From the NCBI GenBank assembly GCA_000993205.1, contig LBVU01000001.1:8155-72154 (forward strand): a stretch of DNA of 64,000 nucleotides, in the 5' to 3' direction. Below are positions 57,791-64,000 of this stretch, piece after piece; the stretch's first letter is position 1, and every line of letters begins with the position of its first letter. Source of the DNA: Candidatus Woesebacteria bacterium GW2011_GWB1_39_10. Lineage in GTDB: Bacteria > Patescibacteriota > Microgenomatia > UBA8517. The notes under the pieces are model-generated. The model did no database searches and had not been told where the DNA came from. It was given only the letters and a program-made list of their open reading frames with translations. Both the position numbers and the translations under genes were made by a program.

Positions 57791-58909
57791 ATGATATCCA
57801 GCATAAAACTTTCCAATTTCAGAAATTTTAAATCTAAGAATTTTGAATTTTCTGACAAAATCACAACAATTGTCGGGCCGAACGCTTCAGGGAAAACTAA
57901 TATTTTAGAAGCTCTTTACCTTCTTTCGACGGGAAAAAGTTTCAAAGCCAGAACTGAGGTGGAAATGATTCAATATGGGAGTGAATTAGCTAGTGTAGAA
58001 GGGTCCCACTTCGCCAAGGCTACGAGGGACGACCGATCTCTTTTAAAGGTAATTATTACAAATAAAATTAATGGATGGCCCGGAAAAAGAGTTTTATTAA
58101 ATAATGTACCCAAGAGATTGGTCGATTTTGCGGGAAATTTTAAGACGGTTTTGTTTGGACCTTGGGACATGGATTTGGTAACAGATTCCCCGTCGCTTCG
58201 GCGAAAATTTTTAGATACGGTTTTATCCCAGACTGATAGAGAATATCGCCGCTCAATTCTTTCTTATGAAAAAGGAATAAGACAAAGAAACAAACTTTTG
58301 TGGAGAATACGCGAGGACCCTTCATTACATTCAGGGCGAGAGGGGTTATTGCTTTTTTGGAACCAGCTGTTAATTAAATCCGGCAATTATATTACCGATC
58401 AAAGGGAAAAATTTATTGTTTTCGCGAATACTACCAATGAACACCAATTCCAAAGTGTTCACGCTGGTGCGATAAATACCAATTACCAATTGAAATACGA
58501 TCAGTCCACAATATCTGAAGGACGGTTGGAACAGTATTCTAAAGAAGAGGTGATGGCGGCGACAACTTTAGTTGGACCACATAGGGATGATATGCAATTT
58601 AAAATTAATAATTCAAAATTTAAAATTGAGAGGAACTTGGCCGCATTCGGGAGCAGGGGGGAGCAAAGAATGGGAGTTTTGTGGTTAAAGTTGGCGGAGT
58701 TGGATTATATTGAACTTCAAAGCAAGAATGAAGGTCCTGAAACAAGTTCAGGACGTCCAACGTTGTTGTTGGACGACATATTTTCCGAACTTGACCATGA
58801 ACACAGAGACGTTGTAATGGAGTTGGCCAAGAGACAACAGACGGTAATAACAACCGCAGATGAGCATTTTTTGAACAAAGGTAAATTTGGTGGTAAAATC
58901 GAACTCTAA
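57791..58909 (+). CDS. recF: DNA replication/repair protein RecF
   Basis: NFRN, GPNASGKTN, GPHRDD, SRGEQR and LLLDDIFSELD. Confidence 0.93.
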   Translation: MISSIKLSNFRNFKSKNFEFSDKITTIVGPNASGKTNILEALYLLSTGKSFKARTEVEMIQYGSELASVEGSHFAKATRDDRSLLKVIITNKINGWPGKRVLLNNVPKRLVDFAGNFKTVLFGPWDMDLVTDSPSLRRKFLDTVLSQTDREYRRSILSYEKGIRQRNKLLWRIREDPSLHSGREGLLLFWNQLLIKSGNYITDQREKFIVFANTTNEHQFQSVHAGAINTNYQLKYDQSTISEGRLEQYSKEEVMAATTLVGPHRDDMQFKINNSKFKIERNLAAFGSRGEQRMGVLWLKLAELDYIELQSKNEGPETSSGRPTLLLDDIFSELDHEHRDVVMELAKRQQTVITTADEHFLNKGKFGGKIEL

Positions 58910-59184
58910 TGGAGGCCAATAGAGGACCACAATACACAGAAAGGCAATTATTACTTTTGAAGGGAGAAGTCGAACCGAAAGACGATGAAGAGTGGAAATA
59001 TTTGCATGATCATGCCAACGATGTTCTCCCAAAGGATCAAAAAACATTCCGTCCGTTTAGTATTACGGGGGAAGATTTAGAAAGAAGCAGACAATTTGAC
59101 AAGGGGTCCACTCAGGCTGGACATATAGGTGAAGCTTTAGATAGGAAGACTAAATTTAAGTATGGAAAGAGAAATACAGTTTGA
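58909..59184 (+). CDS. Hypothetical protein
   Basis: 91-aa ORF coupled to recF. Confidence 0.5.
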   Translation: MEANRGPQYTERQLLLLKGEVEPKDDEEWKYLHDHANDVLPKDQKTFRPFSITGEDLERSRQFDKGSTQAGHIGEALDRKTKFKYGKRNTV

Positions 59185-59656
59185 TCCGGCGGAAACCAAA
59201 AAATTGTTTAGTCCGGAAGACGGAACTAAAAATGGACAAATTACAATAATTGGTGGATCCGAACTTTTCCACGGCGCACCGCTTTTGTCATTAACAGTTG
59301 CTTCAAAAATTGTTGATATGGTTTATTTTTCCTCACCTGACCCATCTGTTGGGGAGGTGGCCAACGCCGCCAAGTCAAAACTATTTTCATTTATATGGGT
59401 TCCATGGGAAGATGTTGGTAAGTGTATTGAGGTTTCCGGGGGTAATGCCGGAATGGCAAAGGGAGGAACGGGAGATACACTTGCCGGGCTTGTCGTCGCT
59501 TTGTTTGCAAAAAATGAAGCATCTCTTGCAGCTTCGTGCGCATCATATATAACCAAAACCGCCGGTGATGAATTGTACGGAAAAGTTAGAACCAATTTTA
59601 ATGCAGATGATTTGGCGGCAAAAGTGCCGGAGGTTTTGGGTAGACTTCAAAGATAG
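59162..59656 (+). CDS. NAD(P)HX dehydratase (NnrD/YjeF-C)-like protein, internally deleted
   Basis: K.G...IIGGS...GAP and GNAGMAKGGTGDTLAG present; central motifs absent. Confidence 0.7.
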   Translation: MEREIQFDPAETKKLFSPEDGTKNGQITIIGGSELFHGAPLLSLTVASKIVDMVYFSSPDPSVGEVANAAKSKLFSFIWVPWEDVGKCIEVSGGNAGMAKGGTGDTLAGLVVALFAKNEASLAASCASYITKTAGDELYGKVRTNFNADDLAAKVPEVLGRLQR

Positions 59657-59702
59657 TTAGTATCTTGTTTTCTCCGCAGAAAATGCGTTAATATGAAGTG
59701 AT

Positions 59703-60767
59703 ATGTATTCCCCTAAGTTTACAATTTCAAATAAAGTTCTCAAAAACATTGGGTCTATTGAAGCGAGTAAGGAGGTAATTGAAAACGCCCCGCTTGTGCC
59801 TTCATTTGAAAAACAGTTTCAGTCAGACGCGATGATCCGGACCATCCATCACGGCACACACATTGAGGGGAATGATTTAACTCTTTATCAGACTAAAAGA
59901 ATTCTTGAAGGGGAAGAAGTTTACGCTCGGGCGCGTGACATCCAAGAGGTTGTTAACTATCGGAATGTAACACAACTTCTTGACGAACTGGCAGTCAAAA
60001 GGGGCGGGTATGACCCCGATATGCTTCGCGATATTCATAAATCGACGGTTGATAGAATTATTGTTCCAGAAAAAGTTGGAGTTTTTAGAACTACGGAAGT
60101 GGTAATTAAAGAAGAAGGTACAGGAAGAGTTATTTTTTCTCCGCCTCCGGCTAACGAAGTCCCATATCTTGTTGAAGATTTTTTTGAATGGCTAAATGAT
60201 TCTTCCGGAAAAGAGATCCATCCGATTCTCCGCGCCGGTATTGCTCACTATATTCTGGTTGCAATTCATCCTTTTGTGGAAGGGAACGGCAGAACCGTGC
60301 GCGCTTTTTCTACACTTATTCTTATGAGGGAAAGCTATAATATTAAAAAGTTTTTTTCACTTGAGGAACATTTTGATCAGGACCCCGCCGCTTATTATGA
60401 AGCAATTTCAATAGTTGATAGACAATCTTCAAACCTTGGAAACCGAGACGTTACTTTGTGGTTGGAATATTTTACGGAAGTTGTGGCGATAGAGCTTGCG
60501 AAAGTCAAAGAAAAAGTCAGGAAACTTTCGGTCGACTCGCGTTTGAAGGTTAAATTTGGTGAACAGATTTCTTTATCCGAGCGTCAGATGAGGCTTATTG
60601 AATATGTATCCGATCAGGGTAGCGGAGGAATGGGAGAGCTCAAAAAAGTTTTACCTATGGTTTCTGAGGACACAATCTTGAGGGAATTAAGAGACCTTTT
60701 GGAAAAAGGGATCTTGAAGAAAACAGGAAGCACGAAGGCCAGCAAGTATGTGATAGCGAGTAAGTAG
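59703..60767 (+). CDS. Fic family protein with C-terminal wHTH
   Basis: HPFVEGNGRTVR and THIEGN. Confidence 0.9.
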   Translation: MYSPKFTISNKVLKNIGSIEASKEVIENAPLVPSFEKQFQSDAMIRTIHHGTHIEGNDLTLYQTKRILEGEEVYARARDIQEVVNYRNVTQLLDELAVKRGGYDPDMLRDIHKSTVDRIIVPEKVGVFRTTEVVIKEEGTGRVIFSPPPANEVPYLVEDFFEWLNDSSGKEIHPILRAGIAHYILVAIHPFVEGNGRTVRAFSTLILMRESYNIKKFFSLEEHFDQDPAAYYEAISIVDRQSSNLGNRDVTLWLEYFTEVVAIELAKVKEKVRKLSVDSRLKVKFGEQISLSERQMRLIEYVSDQGSGGMGELKKVLPMVSEDTILRELRDLLEKGILKKTGSTKASKYVIASK

Positions 60768-60859
60768 AATTAACCTAATTACTAATTAACCTAATTGACC
60801 TAAACAAGCTCCAATTGGGATTTATTTAGAAATTAGAATAATTAGAGTAATTAGAAATT
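60768..60859. repeat. Head-to-head AATT-core array (hairpin), related to 20709-20790
   Basis: AACCTAATT/GACCTAA units, then AATTAGA units, with a shared AATTGGGA.TTATTTAG core. Confidence 0.7.
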
Positions 60860-60864
60860 TAAAT

Positions 60865-61077
60865 ATGAGTACAACTGATCCGCAATTTTTGTATATGATT
60901 TTGGTATTACCGAGCTTGTTCGGATTGACCCTTTTGGGTGAAGGACTCAATAAGGTCGTTCATGAGGAATGGGGAGGTGGAGTTCTTTCAATAATTTTCG
61001 GATTGATTTTTTTGGGAGCAGTCGTTTTTGCCTATCTATTCTTCTCAACTTATCTTGTTACACATAAAGCGATTTAA
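60865..61077 (+). CDS. Small two-TM protein
   Basis: 70 aa, hydrophobic. Confidence 0.65.
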   Translation: MSTTDPQFLYMILVLPSLFGLTLLGEGLNKVVHEEWGGGVLSIIFGLIFLGAVVFAYLFFSTYLVTHKAI

Positions 61078-61144
61078 GGCGACACGAATACGCTGATTGC
61101 ACGCGAATGACACGAATTTTTGATGTGTCGTATAATGTAACGAA

Positions 61145-62869
61145 ATGAAATTTAAAGTATTTGCTGAATATTTAGAAAAACTGGAGAAGACGCCTTCGAG
61201 GCTGGAAATAACCAGGATTTTGACTGACCTTTTTAAAGATACTTCTTCAGGTGAAATCCAAAAAACCGTATATTTATCGCTTGGTGTTTTGGCCCCGAAT
61301 TATGAAGGTGTTTTATTAAATCTGGCTGAGAAGATGGTGGCGAGAGCCATTGCAATCGCGTATAAACAAGATCTTCAGACGGTCTCGAAGACGTATAAGG
61401 AAAAAGGGGATATGGGGGATGTTGCGGAACACTACCATAATTCGAATTATGGTAGTGCTATGAATAAAAATTTGTCTGTTACAGATGTATACGAAAAGTT
61501 ATTAGAAATTGCGAGGGATGACGGGGAGGGGAGTGCGGATCGGAAAATAAAAAAAATGGCAGACATACTTGCGAGGGTTGATCCCTTGTCTGCGAGGTAT
61601 TTAGCCAGAATTCCGGTCGGAAAACTCAGACTTGGATTTTCTGAAAAAACTGTGATAGCTGCTTTAGCGAAAAGTGACAAGAAACAAGAGGTGGAGATAG
61701 AAAAGGCCTACAACATTAGACCGGATATTGGCTATATTGCCCGGTTGGTAAAAAGTAACAAGTTACAAGAAACAAGACCGGAGGTGGGGGTTCCGGTAGT
61801 TCCTATGCTTGCACAAAGACTGAACTCAACTAGCGAAATGATAAAAAAGATGAGAGAGGTGTCGGTTGAACCAAAATTCGATGGGCTTAGAATTTTTATT
61901 CATTTTCGGCGCAAGGACAATCTAATCAAAATATTCACACGCAATATGAATGCGATTGATATAAACACTTTTCCGGAACTCCTAGATGTTGGCAAGTACA
62001 TCAAAGCTGATGAGACCATTTTGGATACTGAAGCAATTGGTCTGGACCCCACTTCGCCAAGGCTTCGCGGGGCAGGCCCCGTTTTTCTTGACTTTCAAAG
62101 AACTATCCAACGTCGTCGTAAACATGATATTGCAAAAAACGCCTCAGAAATTCCACTCCAATTTCAGGTATTCGATATACTTCTTGTCAACGGAAAAAGT
62201 CTTATCAATACCCCGTATGTTGCCAGAAGAGAAGAGTTAGAGAAGGTTGTTGTTAATGGAGGTCTACTCAGAGTGGACGAGAATACAATAACAGATAATC
62301 CTGAGGTAATTAAAAAGTATCACGAAAAATATTTAAAAATGGGACTTGAAGGCGTTGTTGTTAAAAAAGCTAATGCAGGCTATGTCTCGGGAAGAACTGG
62401 ATGGAACTGGATAAAGATGAAGGAGGCCGAGGGTCAGTCGGGAAGATTATCCGATACAGTCGATTGCGTTGTAATGGGGTATTCAGTTGGGAAGGGTAAG
62501 CGATCCGGTTTTGGGGTTGGACAATTTTTAGTTGGCGTTAAAGATGGAGATGTATTCAAATCTGTTACAAAAGTTGGTACAGGGCTTACAGATGAACAGT
62601 TTAGGGAATTAAACACAAGACTCAGAAAACTTTCGACAAAAGAAAAACCCAAAGAGTACGAAGTTCACAATGATCTAACTCCCGATTATTGGGTCAGCCC
62701 CAGTCTTGTAGTAGAGCTTGCGGCCGATGAGATTACGAAAAGCCCTAAACACACTTCGGGTCTTGCCCTCCGGTTCCCGCGGCTCGTCAATTTCCGTGAT
62801 GACAAAAGTGTCGGCGAAGCCACAACTATCAAAGAGCTTCGAGAAATGTTAAGAATGCAGAAAGTCTAA
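61145..62869 (+). CDS. lig: ATP-dependent DNA ligase
   Basis: EPKFDG, FD, EGVVVK, WIKMK and LRFPR. Confidence 0.93.
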   Translation: MKFKVFAEYLEKLEKTPSRLEITRILTDLFKDTSSGEIQKTVYLSLGVLAPNYEGVLLNLAEKMVARAIAIAYKQDLQTVSKTYKEKGDMGDVAEHYHNSNYGSAMNKNLSVTDVYEKLLEIARDDGEGSADRKIKKMADILARVDPLSARYLARIPVGKLRLGFSEKTVIAALAKSDKKQEVEIEKAYNIRPDIGYIARLVKSNKLQETRPEVGVPVVPMLAQRLNSTSEMIKKMREVSVEPKFDGLRIFIHFRRKDNLIKIFTRNMNAIDINTFPELLDVGKYIKADETILDTEAIGLDPTSPRLRGAGPVFLDFQRTIQRRRKHDIAKNASEIPLQFQVFDILLVNGKSLINTPYVARREELEKVVVNGGLLRVDENTITDNPEVIKKYHEKYLKMGLEGVVVKKANAGYVSGRTGWNWIKMKEAEGQSGRLSDTVDCVVMGYSVGKGKRSGFGVGQFLVGVKDGDVFKSVTKVGTGLTDEQFRELNTRLRKLSTKEKPKEYEVHNDLTPDYWVSPSLVVELAADEITKSPKHTSGLALRFPRLVNFRDDKSVGEATTIKELREMLRMQKV

Positions 62870-62889
62870 TGTTTTGTTAACATTAATTA

Positions 62890-64000
62890 ATGCTTGAGGA
62901 TCACAAAATCGGAACGATGCCCGATGCCCCAAAATTCAGAAGTCTTTTTGGACCTTCTTTTATTCTTCTTGGTTTGGGGCTGGGGAGCGGGGAAGTAATT
63001 CTTTGGCCGTATCTTACCGCGAACTTTGGAATGGGAATAATTTGGGCCGCAATACTTGGGATCACGCTCCAATTTTTTATCAATATGGAAATTGAAAGAT
63101 ATTCTTTAGTTCGCGGCGAAAGTATTTTTGTGGGATTTGCCAGAAAGTTCAAATACGCTCCTGTCTGGTTTATTTTTTCTACACTTGCGGGATTCATTTG
63201 GCCCGGAATTGTAGCGGCTTCAGCAAAGTTGATTGGTATCGTTTTTGGTATAGCCGAAACACATTTTATTGCAATCGGAATGTTGGTTTTAATGGGTTTA
63301 ATTCTAACTTTGGGACCGATTTTGTACAAAACTATGGAAAAATTTTCAATGATTCTCATTGGACTCGGAGTACCTGCAATTTTTGTGTTGACTGTATATT
63401 TGGCCAATTCGGCCGATTGGACAAGTTTGTTTAAGGGCATAATAGGAATTGGAGAGGGATACAATTTTTTGCCGGCGGGTATTCCCATTGCTTCATTTTT
63501 AGCTGCATTTGCCTTTTCGGGCGCCGGGGGAAATCTTAATTTGGCTCAATCTTTTTATATTAAGGAAAAAGGATACGGAATGGGAAAGTTTGGCGGACGT
63601 ATTACAAGTATCTTGACGGGGAAAGTTGAAGATATTCGACTTGAAGGAACGAGATTTGAAATAAATAACGACAATTTGAGGAAATTTAAGACTTGGTGGA
63701 ATTTGATAAACAAAGAACATTTCATGGTATTTTGGGCAACGGGGGCGTTCACAATCTGTTTATTGGCTCTCTTGTCATATTCGACCGTGTTTGGGAACGT
63801 TACCCCGGGATCCGGAATCAATTTTGTTATCTTTGAGGCCGCAGCAATTGCCAAAGCCTCCGCTCCTTTTGTTGGGACACTGTTCCTTATAATTGGAGGA
63901 ATAATGCTTTTTTCAACTCAAATGACCGTGATGGACGCAACCAGCAGAATCATGTCCGAAAATCTTTTAATTTTGAATAGACACAAATGGGAGACAAAAA
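62890..64000 (+). CDS. Nramp-like membrane transporter, runs off the window (absent from the ORF track)
   Basis: ATG 62890 reads MLEDHKIGTMPDAPKFRSLFGPSFILLGLGLGSGEVILWP...ERY..., multi-TM, apparently open to the window end. Confidence 0.75.
   Translation, partial: MLEDHKIGTMPDAPKFRSLFGPSFILLGLGLGSGEVILWPYLTANFGMGIIWAAILGITLQFFINMEIERYSLVRGESIFVGFARKFKYAPVWFIFSTLAGFIWPGIVAASAKLIGIVFGIAETHFIAIGMLVLMGLILTLGPILYKTMEKFSMILIGLGVPAIFVLTVYLANSADWTSLFKGIIGIGEGYNFLPAGIPIASFLAAFAFSGAGGNLNLAQSFYIKEKGYGMGKFGGRITSILTGKVEDIRLEGTRFEINNDNLRKFKTWWNLINKEHFMVFWATGAFTICLLALLSYSTVFGNVTPGSGINFVIFEAAAIAKASAPFVGTLFLIIGGIMLFSTQMTVMDATSRIMSENLLILNRHKWETK

Noticed and set aside
62901-63854. Minus-strand ORFs of 195, 73 and 99 aa
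   Set aside because: They are shadows of the plus-strand transporter starting at 62890.

Overview
This window looks like chromosomal DNA from a Patescibacteria/CPR bacterium, probably Microgenomates/Woesebacteria-like. That placement is inferred from the archaeal-type TpiA, split transketolase, class I aldolase, ATP-dependent DNA ligase, near-leaderless promoters and CPR-style micro-inserts. The code is standard table 11. In order, the window holds: a GC-richer accessory block at 1-5.7 kb (E2/UBC-like tail, ThiF/E1, small protein, NMT1/OmpA-like fusion); a speA-like/epmA/efp cluster; a glycolysis and pentose-phosphate cluster; four type II TA operons; two tandem class A PBPs; nrdR-nrdJ-pduO; a VirD4/HerA-like ATPase; xerC, trpS, ftsH, repair genes and lig. 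The most striking feature is at 46397-46771, where three CAT-anticodon tRNA genes are nested inside each other. Each inner tRNA sits in a short, mutually homologous intervening sequence that splits the anticodon loop of the next one out. Other highlights are a rare tRNA-Ile(UAU), a four-helix-bundle gene bracketed by 9-mer arrays, many 7/8/9-mer arrays and palindromic micro-inserts read in frame inside housekeeping genes, and a promoter whose spacer is a (CA)n tract. All calls come from reading motifs by eye; no searches were run.
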